The translations under genes and the position numbers were made by a program. From Somniosus microcephalus (lineage: Eukaryota): a DNA stretch of 64,000 bases. The DNA is taken from contig CM126207.1 of the NCBI GenBank assembly GCA_052327205.1, forward strand, positions 209,436,001-209,500,000, given 5' to 3'. Shown one piece after another: positions 12,350-24,619 of the stretch (the first letter of the stretch is position 1; each line of letters opens with the position of its first letter). Under the pieces are notes generated by a model. It was not told the origin of the DNA. It searched no databases and worked only from the letters and a program-made list of their open reading frames with translations.

Positions 12350-12682
12350 CATATTTCACTTGGATTGCCTTAATTCAGATCACCCCATGTTGGTCATTCT
12401 ATACAAAGAAAAACTGTTTTGGTCATAGATCAGCCAAAAAAAGGTACTCAAATTTACGTACCGAATTGAAAATAACATTTTTCAATCCATTTCAGTTTCT
12501 GCCGCACCATATTACTCTCAGCAGATGGGGGCGTTGCAATGGGTAAAATGACTTGCGAAATAGATTTACACAGTGTCCAGTGCCATCTGCTGACAGAAGG
12601 GAGTACTACAGAACAGTTTTAAAAGGTTAAATAAAACTCCAAGTTGGAACATGCATTCGGATTTACTTGCTTAGCCCTGGCC

Positions 12683-12866
12683 TCCCTGAATCCAAGGGCT
12701 GTGGAGGCTCAAGTCGTTGAGTATATTCAAGGCTGAGATCAATAGATTTTTTAATATTAAGGGAATCAAGGGATATGGGGATAGTGCAGGAAAGTGGAGT
12801 TGAGGTAGGTGATCAGCCATGATCTTATTGAATAGGCTACTCTTGCTCCTATTTCTTACATTATGT
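12683..12866 (+). mobile_element. CR1 LINE 3' fragment
   Basis: gctgtggaggct...ttcaaggctgagatcaatagattt...ctcctatttctt tail. Confidence 0.75.
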
Positions 12867-12904
12867 TCTGTATAAGTGCAATATGATATTGCACTTATAC
12901 AGAA
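12866..12904. repeat. Perfect inverted repeat, 19-bp arms with a 1-nt spacer
   Basis: TTCTGTATAAGTGCAATAT-G-ATATTGCACTTATACAGAA. Confidence 0.95.
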
Positions 12905-13586
12905 TGTTATAGTGTTATATGTTATATAACAAAGAAAGATGGATCACTTGTTTACAAATTGCAGCCAGTCCGAGTGAATGTGGACTCCACACGGCAAGCT
13001 TTACACTCTCCTCCTTTCTGGCAGGCAATTGATAAACTTCTGCTAGATTAGACAGCAGTGCTCGAGATGTCAGTTCCTAGCAGGTGCTAATTTAATGGTT
13101 CAATGCTGCATTATCTTGTGAGCACTTCCAGAGAAGAGGGAAAAAAAAGCACACCCTGGTCTCCTTTGACTTGCAAATCATTTTTAAATGAAGTACAATT
13201 TAGCCCCAGTCTTCCAGTGGAAGGCATTCATTTGCTCTACTTATTTGCGATCATAGTAAAGATCCAGGTGTCAGAAAAACAAAACTGGCACTCACTTTCT
13301 ATAGAAGAAGCAACAGGGCGATCACGTGGATCAAGCCTCAAGTTTGAGGGACTTCTAACAGGCAACTGTCCCTCCTCACCAACCACCCCCCAGTGCACCC
13401 AACGGCAGCATTAAACTCCTGTAACCGTACTGCAATAACACACCGTGCACAGCCATCCTGCCTCGCAAACGCATCCTGTGCCATTTCAGTATAATGAGAA
13501 AAGAGCTGCTTTAGCGCAGAACTTTGTGAGGTATGCCCAAAGTCTCGGTAACTACCAGATAACGTGAGAATCTGACTGATGTTTAC

Positions 13587-13755
13587 CAGTAGAAGCCTGC
13601 TGCAATTGTTCAAGTGCACGATCAGAACCTGGTCCAAGTGTTCATTCCCTGTCGTCATTGGAACTGGACTCCCTTCGGAGCCACTGCCAACTCCGGTATC
13701 CTCCGTTAGTGCTTCGCTGGGTCCCGCAGCAAGTCCACGCACACTACTGCTGTGC
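13587..13755 (-). CDS. RIPOR1: RIPOR1 exon, 169 bp (R-HSSS...[11 protein letters not shown]...CSRLLL)
   Basis: cgacag|G, CTG|gtaaac; phase 2/0. Confidence 0.92.
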
Positions 13756-13902
13756 CTGTCGGAAGAAGCAGAAGTAAAGACACTGCAATAACTCCAGGAC
13801 TGCTATACTTGCATACGCATTCAGGATGTCCATTCAGGAGATACACAGACAAACTGATCTTTCCAAATCTGTGAAATCTTCACGCAAACCTTCATAAACT
13901 GC

Positions 13903-14150
13903 AACAACTTGCATTGATACAGCGCTTTTAATATAGGCAAACGTCCCAAGGTACTTCACAGGAGCGCAAGATGTCAAAAACTGACACCGAGCCAAAGGAG
14001 GAGCTATTAGGACAGGTGACTAAAAGCTTGGTCAAAGAGGTAGGTTTTAAGGAGCGTCTTAAAGGAGGAAAGAGAGGTAGAGAGGCAGAGCAGTTTAGGG
14101 AGGGAATTCGAGCTTAGGGCCTAGGCAGCTGAAGGCATGGCTGTCAATTG
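13903..14150 (-). mobile_element. L2 3' tail fragment
   Basis: Matches about 951-1205. Confidence 0.85.
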
Positions 14151-14939
14151 TGGAGTGATGGGGGTGGGGGGTGCGAGGCCCCTCTTTGTAGAAAAGGGCA
14201 ATATGGCGCCAACATGTGCTGCAGCCCAAGGTTTGGGGCTCTACACGAGCCATTCCTCCACGAGTCTACTTCCTGAACTTAACAATGTTCTCCTCCACAG
14301 TCCTCCTGAGTCAGTGGATCTCAGCTGGGGCAGCAGCTGTCTCAACACCATGGGATAGGGAGTGGAAAATCCCCCAGGGTTCCTGACCGGAATGGACATC
14401 AGGTGAGGGTGGATGTGTGCCTCCCATCACCCCCCTCCACACCACTGTCAAATAGCCTGCCCATACATGAATAATAGCAATTTGTACAAGTTATTAAGTG
14501 CTTATGGAACCACCCTCTTCACCTACCAACCCCCTCCCCGTAACCCAGCAAGGGGCCAACTCCGTCAGCTATTAAGGTGGGGAGTAGGAGAACATGGAGG
14601 CAAACAGCTCGAGCTCTGGCCTTGTCAGACCAGTTGACTGTTCCGATCATCAACAGAGTGTTCCACGTTGAGCAAAAAAATACAGCTGAGCCTAACCTGG
14701 GACAGCTCCCTTTGGCTCGCTTGTAATGACATGAATCCATCCTTAATGAGGTCAGACAGAGGCAGCTTGGTCACAGATCTGATCAAGAACCTAACCTGAA
14801 TCATGTCCAGCTGCGGAGATTCTACACTCACACGGCCCCCCACACACACAATATAAATGTCTCAATGTTAAATGGCTCATCAACAATTCCAAGTCAGTTC
14901 ACAGGACTTCACACACAGTCTACGAGAAGTGGGTCGTAC

Positions 14940-15079
14940 CTTCCAGTCTTCTCTGCCTCGTCTTCCGAGAATTCCGAATCCTCCATGTCGGACGTGTTGA
15001 GGAAGTCGAAGCTCTCCAGTGCATGTTCTACAGTCAGGCTGATGCTCGAGGCTCTGCTCCTGTTCACACCTTGCCTCTG
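14940..15079 (-). CDS. RIPOR1: RIPOR1 exon, 140 bp ([27 protein letters not shown]...KTG)
   Basis: ttgcag|CAG (tandem acceptor), AG|gtacga; phase 0/2. Confidence 0.93.
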
Positions 15080-15491
15080 CTGCAAGAAGACAACACTCAA
15101 TATTCAGCAAACAAAACTTTCACTACCATCTCCTGCAGTGCTGCACATTATCTGCAGTTCCATTTCTTCCCCCAATTAATTCTGCATCCTTTGTGATCCA
15201 TCATGAAGGGTATTTTAAGTGGAAGTTAAAACCGCCACCAAATGTCCCACAGCCCAGCTGTTCCAGTCTCTTTAATGGGAGTCATTTCATTAAACAACCT
15301 GGCTCCAGGAAAGTGTCAGCCTACATCTAACCTTCGCTCACACTTCACAGCCGGGCTGCGGGTCCAAGGGTGAGCAAAGATCATCCCACGGGACAGAGTG
15401 GGATTGAAATCCAGGACAATTAAGGATCAATTTGGAGTCTTTTTACTCACGACTACGCGAATTGGGCTGGGAAAGAAAGAACTTTTTAAAG

Positions 15492-15907
15492 ATCACAGAA
15501 ACCCCACAGTGCAGATAGAGGCCATTTCGGCCCATCGAGCCTGCACCGACACATATCCCACCCGATCCCCGTAACCCCTACACCAACACATATCCCACCC
15601 TATCCCCGTAACCCCTACACCGACACATATCCCACCCGATCCCCGTAACCCCTACACCAACACATATCCCACCCTATCCCCGTAACCCCACGTATTTAAT
15701 CCCCCTAACACTAAGGGTCAATTTATCATAGCCAATCAACCTAACCCGCACATCTTTGGACTGTGGGAGGAAACCGGAGCACCCGGAGGAAACCCACGCA
15801 AACACGGGGAGAATGTGCAAACTCCACACAGACAGTCACCCGAGGCCGGATTCGAACCCGGGGCCCTGGCGCGGTGAGGCAACAGTGCTAACCACTATGC
15901 CACCGTG
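15492..15907 (-). mobile_element. HE1-type V-SINE with an internal 4 x 37-bp tandem duplication
   Basis: Minus strand shows A box (TGGCATAGTGG), B box (GGTTCGAATCC), V-domain-like gggtttcctccgggtgctccggtttcctccc and a CR1-like tail. Confidence 0.88.
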
Positions 15908-16989
15908 TGAAATGAACATCTAACATGAACCTGTAAGACCTGATCAGGTTATGACTGAATCACCATGCTCTGTATTCACAGTCATTGTGGCATGGTCAGT
16001 GTTACAGCTGATAAAGATGCTCCAATCCTCCATGTAGACACCCCCACATAATATCACTGGAGACGGCAGCCACCTCTCACTTCCCCACAGCAGTCACGCA
16101 TGATGCTGACAGTAGGTGGCGCCATAAGATTAGGCTCAGCCAATTCCATGCGAATCGCTGCAAATCGGTTTTTAAAACTGAACTTTCAGTTTTCTTCATT
16201 TAACAATTGTGGGAACTTCTCCAGCTTCCTGGATAAAATTTACTCGGTCGAAAAAAAGGGCATTTTAAACTTGAAAAATACTCCAACAGACAAGAAAAAT
16301 ATAGGACATAATAATGGATGGAAAATGCATCAAAATAAAACACACGGCAATGGATAACAGGGACTGGTTACATACAGAGTAGCGGATGGGTTATAGTGGA
16401 TCGCAAACCAGTAATTCAAAGGGACATCATAAAACAGCAACAAGAGTGCTTTGGTGGACGGCTACCTCCTGAATCCCAAAGCTGGTTTATTGCCTGTTCC
16501 CTGCCAAATACCCAATTAAGACCATACAGATTCCACTAATGATGGGTCAATGTCTCTTGATACCAATTAAAGTACTTCCGAGCGATGTAGGACATCAATG
16601 GGATATCGGGCAGTGTGGCAGGACTCCAAAAAAATACTCGATTACTGCATAGAAAGAACCACCCGCCATCGAATCGCAGGGTTGAGGCACAGCGTGTGCT
16701 TTACAACAGCGATCTGCGGCCCACCATTAGAATTATTTTACAGCACGGAGGGGGTTTCAGATTGATGTGTTTATTGTGCCGGCAGCAGCCAATCGCCAAC
16801 TGTTCACGTGCTGTGCTCAATTACTGGAGGCGCCAACACAAACCGATCAGCAACTGCCACGAAACTGCAGCAGCGTCATCGAGAAAGTGCTACATTCAAA
16901 AAATCCCGCCAAACAGAAGCAGCCTCAGAGACAGACAGAGACTCCCCACCTCTCAGTCCACTTCTCTCGCTCAATATGCAGCTTGCGCA

Positions 16990-17303
16990 GGTTCGGTAGC
17001 CACGTGGTTTTGGTACTGGACCAGCAGCCCAGAGGTTGGGAGTTCAAATCCAACCATGGTGTCAGTTGCGAAAGGGTGTTCAATAAATCTAGCCATTTGT
17101 AGGCACCAGAGAATGAAAGCAGCCTGACAGTCCTATAAACCCAGCTGGTTCCTTAATGTCCTCCAGTGAAGGGAACCTGGTCTGGCCTCTGTGACTCCAG
17201 TCCCACACTACGTGCTTGACGCAATGCCCTCATGTCCCAACTAGGGATGGGCAATATATACAACCTTGCCAGCCTCGCCCACGTCCCAGGAACAAATAAA
17301 AAA
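16990..17303 (+). mobile_element. tRNA-derived SINE (Meta-SINE-like), degraded
   Basis: B box GAGTTCAAATCC; core and tail shared with the copy at 62732. Confidence 0.7.
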
Positions 17304-17581
17304 CTAATAATAATCCCCTGCAGCATTTAACACTGAGGATCCGTTGGGATTTGACCCAAAACCTCAACATTTTGGGGTCCTAACAACCTGAACTGCAGAG
17401 AATTGGAATTTCGATTAAGGGATCAACCCAGTCAGAAATCACCTTACACTATACACTGAGGAGCTCGGGCAGATGAGAACAGGCGCTAGGCTCAAATCAT
17501 GGGGTTATCCCAAAAACCCCAACAAACTTTTAAACTGTTTGTGTCCTCTTCCCACATCAGCGACTTGAGCTTGCAAACCAC

Positions 17582-17760
17582 CTCCCACCACCACTGGCCC
17601 CTCCCATTACCCCCCACACCACCACCGGCCCCTCCCATTACCCCCCTCCCACCACCGGCCCCTCCCATTAACCCCCGGCCCCTCCCATTACCCCCCTCCC
17701 ACCGCCACCAGCCCCTCCCACCACCACCAGCGGTCCCTCCCAGCATCCCCCTGGCCCACC
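17582..17760. repeat. C-rich degenerate tandem repeat (ggcccctcccattacccccc)
   Basis: About 4 to 5 imperfect copies visible. Confidence 0.8.
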
Positions 17761-19009
17761 TCATTAATGTTTGAGTACAATAAAAGTAAAATTCTGCCAC
17801 AGTCACTAAAAGGCACACCTTGACAAATGACACACACTCACGTGGTTATTGGTAATCTGGCAGTAAAATGTTTGGCAGCTTTGGTTGTATTTAGGTCAGA
17901 AATCCATGTGGGCAGCCTGGGTTTGGAGCAGACCCTTCAACTCTCCTCTCGACTGGCACCAAATAGGGACTTCTGCCCATTTCTTAACTGAGCCACCGTT
18001 GTCAACGGAACATCTTGGAGTAACACGCCCCTTCGTGGTGGGGAGAAGAGAAATGAAGAGACAGGCCTCTTATGGCGTCCTGCCCCTCTGACTGGGCACA
18101 GAAAACGGTTGTCTACCTTCGAACAGTGCCGATCTGCACAGAGAGCAGCTGGGCAAGGACGGGAATGCTCCAATCTGAGTGCGTCACATGTCTGACACAC
18201 CCAATCCAACCAGTCAGCCACAACTGCGGTACATGTCAGGAACTCTGCAGCCATTCCGCAGGGGACCTCGGTCATTGGAAAAGGGCAGCTTCGTTTCCTC
18301 TCCCCCTCCTCCCCCCGCCTTCATATGGCAATGGGGATGGGGAGAAATTTATAGAATAGCTGAATGTTACAAAGAAATTCCAGCAGTCAAAGTGCTAACT
18401 GGTTATACACCAGCATCTGGAGTTTCAGTTGTGACTCTGCTGCTTGTAGTTTCAGGGCATCATTCAATCTTAAAGTTCACACCCACTCACTTGAACCATA
18501 GCACTAGGACTGCAATTTCTCAGAGGCCACGACATCCCGAATATCCTTTATTGCCTCTGTAACCTCTGCACCATCTTAATTAACCACTGTCCCAATTCCT
18601 CCCACTGCACAGCATCATCAGGGCCCACAACAGACCAATGGGATCTCTCTCTTCTATCCCGAGTATACACAACTAGTACAATGTCAGGTCTGCAGGCAAC
18701 TTAAGCCGACACTGCACAACCCTCTCACCAGAGAGCAGAAGAGCTGCAAATGCCAAACGGAAATCCCTTTGATGCTTTTCTGAAACTGTTTGGTGACATT
18801 TGAGCCACATGTCACTGGTGGAGGGAGGCACGCAGAGCGAGGGCAGGGAGGCTCTTTCCCCAAACATACTTGTTCCGTTTGAGGATGGGGTACAGAACAT
18901 AAACCAATTGCTTCTACATGGGAGGGTGATGAAATTGGAAATTGAATCACCTTGTGACCGCACTCGTAGCAATAGCTGCCCGATCGCCTTCCGAGCTGGT
19001 GAATGATAA

Positions 19010-21247
19010 GGGGGGGGGGGGGGGAAGGAAGAAGAGAGATAACGTTGGGGGGGGGGGGGGAAGGAAGAGAGATAGCGTGGGGGGGGGGGGGGGGGGGAAG
19101 GAAGAGAGATAGCGTGGGGGGGGGGAAGGAAGAGAGATAGCGTGGGGGGGGGGGAAGGAAGAGAGATAGCGTGGGGGGGGGAAAGGAAGAGAGATAACGT
19201 TGGGGGGGGGAAAGGAAGAGAGATAACGTTGGGGGGGGGAAAGGAAGAGAGATAGCGTGGGGGGGGGAAGGAAGAGAGATAGCGTGGGGGGGGGAAGGAA
19301 GAGAGATAGCGTGGGGGGGGGGAAGGAAGAGAGATAGCGTGGGGGGGGGAAGGAAGAGAGATAGCGTGGGGGGGGGAAGGAAGAGAGATAGCGTGGGGGG
19401 GGGAAGGAAGAGAGATAGCGTGGGGGGGGGAAGGAAGAGAGATAGCGTGGGGGGGGGAAGGAAGAGAGATAGCGTGGGGGGGGGAAGGAAGAGAGATAAC
19501 GTGGGGGGGGGAAAGGAAGAGAGATAACGTTGGGGGGGGGGAAAGGAAGAGAGATAGCGTGGGGGGGGGGGAAGGAAGAGAGATAGCGTGGGGGGGGGGG
19601 AAGGAAGAGAGATAGCGTGGGGGGGGGAAGGAAGAGAGATAGCGTGGGGGGGGGGGAAGGAAGAGAGATAGCGTGGGGGGGGGAAGGAAGAGAGATAGCG
19701 TGGGGGGGGAAGGAAGAGAGATAACGTGGGGGGGGGAAGGAAGAGAGATAACGTGGGGGGGGGAGGAAGAGAGATAACGTGGGGGGGGGAAGGAAGAGAG
19801 ATAACGTGGGGGGGGGAAGGAAGAGAGATAACGTGGGGGGGGGGGAAGGAAGAGAGATAACGTGGGGGGGGGAAGGAAGAGAGATAACGTGGGGGGGGGG
19901 AAGGAAGAGAGATAACGTGGGGGGGGAAGGAAGAGAGATAACGTGGGGGGGGGGGGGAAGAGAGATAACGGGGGGGGGGGGGAAGAGAGATAACGTGGGG
20001 GGGGAAGGAAGAGAGATAACGTGGGGGGGGGAAGGAAGAGAGATAACGTGGGGGGGGGGGAAGAGAGATAACGTGGGGGGGGAAGAGAGATAACGTGGGG
20101 GGGGGGGGAAGAGAGATAACGTGGGGGGGGGGGGAAGAGAGATAACGTGGGGGGGGGGGAAGAGAGATAACGTGGGGGGGGGAAGAGAGATAACGTGGGG
20201 GGGGGAAGAGAGATAACGTGGGGGGGGGGAAGAGAGATAACGTGGGGGGGAAGGAAGAGAGATAACGTGGGGGGAAGGAAGAGAGATAACGTGGGGGGAA
20301 GGAAGAGAGATAACGTGGGGGGAAGGAAGAGAGATAACGTGGGGGGGAAGGGAGAGAGATAACGTGGGGGGGGGGAAGGAAGAGAGATAACGTGGGGGGG
20401 GGAAGGGAGATAACGTGGGGGGGGGAGGAAGAGAGATAACGTGGGGGGGAAGGAAGAGAGATAACGTGGGGGGGAAGGAAGAGAGATAACGTGGGGGGGG
20501 GAAGGAAGAGAGAACGTGGGGGGGGAAGGAAGAGAGATAACGTGGGGGGGGAAGGAAGAGAGATAACGTGGGGGGGGGAAGGAAGAGAGATAACGTGGGG
20601 GGGGAAGGAAGAGAGATAACGTGGGGGGGGAAGGAAGAGAGATAACGTGGGGGGGGAAGGAAGAGAGATAACGTGGGGGGGGAAGGAAGAGAGATAACGT
20701 GGGGGGGGAAGGAAGAGAGATAACGTGGGGGGGGGGGGAAGAGAGATAACGTGGGGGGGGAAGAGAGATAACGTGGGGGGGGAAGAGAGATAACGTGGGG
20801 GGGGAAGAGAGATAACGTGGGGGGGGGGGAAGAGAGATAACGTGGGGGGGGAAGGAAGAGAAATAACGTGGGGGGGGGGAAGGAAGAGAAATAACGTGGG
20901 GGGGGGGAAGAGAGATAACGTGGGGGGGGGAAGGAAGAGAGATAACGTGGGGGGGGGGGAAGAGAGATAACGTGGGGGGGGAAGAGAGATAACGTGGGGG
21001 GGGAAGAGAGATAACGTGGGGGGGGGGAAGAGAGATAACGTGGGGGGGGGGGAAGAGAGATAACGTGGGGGGGGGGGAAGAGAGATAACGTGGGGGGGGG
21101 GGGGAAGAGAGATAACGTGGGGGGGGGGAAGGAAGAGAGATAACGTGGGGGGGGAAGGGAGATAACGTGGGGGGGAAGGAAGAGAGATAACGTGGGGGGG
21201 GGGGAAGGAAGAGAGATAACATTGGGGGGGGGGGGGTGAGAAGAGAG
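19010..21247. repeat. Minisatellite of about 2.2 kb, unit G(n)-[AAGG]-AAGAGAGATA(A/G)CGT
   Basis: Directly visible; unit about 22-30 bp with a variable G run; plus strand almost all purine. Confidence 0.98.
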
Positions 21248-22720
21248 TCTGCAATGGATCAATAACAGCAATAAGAGAAATGTTTTGCACTCCTTTCCTA
21301 CCATGGTGTCTGGCCGTGTTTGAGCCAACAACCTACTCACATTATGCACTAGGATAGATAACAAAATCTTAGTGGAGGTTGGGTGGGTTCAACCATCGCT
21401 GGACTGGGAATCTGTGCACCAGTGGAACTAAAATGTGGCCAATCTACTGCCTGCTACTGGTGGTAACAATATAACCAATCTCTGGCCCCCTTCACCTGTG
21501 ACACACTGCCCCTCCTCCCAGGGTCGCTCCATGTGGTCTCTACTCATGGACTGCCCAGGTGAGCCGGCATGTTAAGTGACTTGGAATTCAGTGCGGCGCT
21601 CTCTCGATCTCCAGTTAAAGTAGTCAGGGGAATGCCGTCAGGAGGCAGCGGGCCCTAATGATATGCAACTTAAGAACGGCCAATGCTGTGTTTTTAATGT
21701 TCTCCTTGTGCCTGGTCCCCACTTGGCAGCTGCTCACAGGAGACATGATTCAAATCAGGAGCTCGCGTGGCACATCGGGGTCTGTGGAGATTCACCCACC
21801 CATCGTCCCACAGTGCAATGTGCTGCAGGGTTCCCGAGGGTGACCCCCCCCCTCCCCACCCCCACCCTAGCCAGACGCTGGCTGAGACTGTGGCTCTGGA
21901 CAAAATCACGAGTCTTCAGTACCTGAACACATCATCGTGTAACTGGACGTCAGGTCGACAAATGATCCTTCACCACTTTTGCAAAAAGTTCAAAATTGTC
22001 CTTATCTTTCGAGCACTTGCAGCGGATTCAGGATTAATGAGTGCCGCTTCCTTATTGGAGTTAAACATTTTCTGAAGAGGGAGATTACAAAAGCCCCATA
22101 AAACGTTATGGCTACCTTGATTGCAGTCAAGAGATGCTACATGTAGATTAATCCAGTCGGAATCTCAGCATTCACAAAGTTGCCGTTCATTTTCAGACCA
22201 CACAACGGTTTCAACATCCTCAAGACACCATTCGGTGTCTCAATGCAATAAGTACACAAGGCATTTTCAGGCGCTTTACAGATGCTGAATCACAGGAAGG
22301 ATGGTTTTCAAATGATCTCAGCACACAATGCGGCTGATACTCACGCAGCACAATATCCAAATAATATCACATCTTAATGTCGTCACCAAATATTTTCAGA
22401 ATGATTTGGGCCAACTCGCCCGATGAGTCAGCCAGTCAAGGCAGTGAGAAGCCAAGTCATACAGAGAAAGGTCCCGGGTGCGAGCTCAGGTCCATCATGA
22501 AATAGCTGATCTCAGCTGGCCAGTGGGAAGGGGGGTTGGCGGGGGTGCATTGGGAGCAGGGTATGGGGTTGGGGAGCGGTGTATTGGGAGCAGGGTTCCT
22601 GTGTCAGATTGCTATCCAGTGCCCTGTGCTGGTGGAAAGCATGTGTGGACATTGGAAGAAGATAGGAGTTTGTTGGGGGGGGGGGGGGGGGGGGGGGGAA
22701 AAGAGAAGGACTGGGAGGGA

Positions 22721-23740
22721 CATCGGAACAGGAATAGGCCATTCAGCCCCTCGAGCCTGTTATGCCATACAATGAGATCATGGTTGATCTGCGACCTAAC
22801 TCCATATACCCGCCTTTGGCCCATATCCCTTAATACCTTTGGCTAACAAAAAGCTATCAGTCTCAGATTTAAAATTAACAATTGATCTAGCACCAATTGC
22901 TGTTTGCGGAAGAGAGTTCCAAACTTCTGCCACTCTTTGTGTGTAGAAGTGTTTCCTAATTTCACTCCTAAAAGGTCTGGCTCTAACTTTTAGATTATGC
23001 TCCCTAGTCTTAGAATCCCCAACCAGCGGAAATAGTTTCTCTCTACCCTATCTGTTCCCCTTAATATCTTGAAAACTTCGATCAATTCACCCCTTAACCT
23101 TCTAAATTCTAGGGAATACAACCCTAATTTGTGTAATCTCTCCTTGTAACTTAACCCTTGAAGTCGGGGTATCATTCTGGTAAACCTGGGCTGCACTCCC
23201 TCCAAGGCCAATATATCCTTCCTACGGTGTGGTGCCCAGAACTGCTCACAGTACTCCAGGTGTGGTCTAACCAGGGTTTTGTGTAGCTGCAGCATAACCT
23301 CTACCCCTTGTATTCTAGTCCTCTAGATATAAAGTCCAGCATCCCATTAAACTTTTAAATTATTTTCTCTTCCTGTTCATGACATATTAATGATCTGTGT
23401 ACCTGAACCCCCAAGTCTCTTTGGACCTCCATTGTTTTTAGCTTTTCATCATTTAGAAAGTACCCTGTTCTCTCCTTTTTAGATCCAAAGTGGATGACCT
23501 CGCATTTGTTTACAGTGAAATCCATTTGCCACAGTTTTGCCCATTCACTTAATCTGTCGATATCCCTTTGTAATTTTATGCTTCCATCGACACTGCCTAC
23601 AATGCCGCCTATCTTTGTGTCATCGCCAAATTTGGATAGATGGCTTTCTATGCCATCATCTAAGTCGTTAATAAATATTGTGAATAGTTGAGACCCCAAC
23701 ACAGATCCCTGTGGGACACCACTAGTCACATCCTGCCAAT
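22721..23740 (-). mobile_element. CR1 LINE 3' fragment (reverse transcriptase plus tail)
   Basis: SGVPQGSVLG, SKFGDDTK, LVRPHLEYC and RRLRGELIEVFKI motifs. Confidence 0.93.
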
Positions 23741-24619
23741 TTGGGGAAGGACAGGGAGGGGGTGGGGAGGACAGGGAGGGGGGGGGGGAAAGAGAGGGAG
23801 GACAGGAAGTGGGGGGGGGGGGGGGAGAGGGAGGACAGGAGGGGGGGGGGGAGGGATGGACAGGAAGGGCACGAATGAAAACCGAAGAAACGTAACTGGT
23901 CTTCACTTGGCTCCTGCCTCCGACTAACTTCAGCTTTGCATGCAGAGAAATGCTAGGCACAAACTCTTAATCTGCCATTCAGTGCCCAGTGCGTTCATGG
24001 ACTTGTGCCTTTCCATAGCAATGGTGAAATGTGAAATCCAGGTTGGAACAGTGCGCTGTTCGATAATCAAATGCGGCTGTGTTTAACCAACCATCCCTGG
24101 GAGTATTTTCCCAAAATATTATTCCAGCCACACGCCAACAGCCTCTCTTCCCAAATTCATAGCGTTCAAACATTACTTTTAAAAACAAAAGCAAATGCCA
24201 GAATAACTTCAATAGGAGTTGGCAAAGTCTCCAGTGCGCATGGCAAACACAAGTACTCCCGAGTCCTGACCGGGAAGTGCCAAAGCCTCGGGAGCCATTT
24301 TGCTTGGTCCTCAGGGAATGCTGCCAACTCCCCCTTCATTACATTACAGCAGTGGTTGCTGGCTTGACGTGAACTGAATTGGCATCTGCGCAATGAGGGA
24401 GAGCTGCCCTGGCTCGGATTTAATAAACGGACTGCAGCCAGCTGCACGACAGACATTCAATGAGGGTTTCATTAACCTCCTCAGGTCAAGCCAGCCCACA
24501 TCTCTCAAAACACAGCGCCCCCCACCCCCTCAGACATATCAGCAGGTGGAGAACGGCAGCAAGGCTCATCTTCAGTGACAATCCCACCACCCCCCAATGT
24601 TTATCTATGTCTTTGACTG

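Noticed and set aside
15840-15907. tRNA gene (also the A/B-box heads at 54337, 57906 and 62732)
   Set aside because: These are tRNA-derived SINE heads continuous with SINE bodies.
18673-21364. Three 800+ aa Pro-rich ORFs on the minus strand
   Set aside because: All three frames are open only because the minisatellite unit has no minus-strand stop codon; variable homopolymers cycle the frames, which is not coding behaviour.
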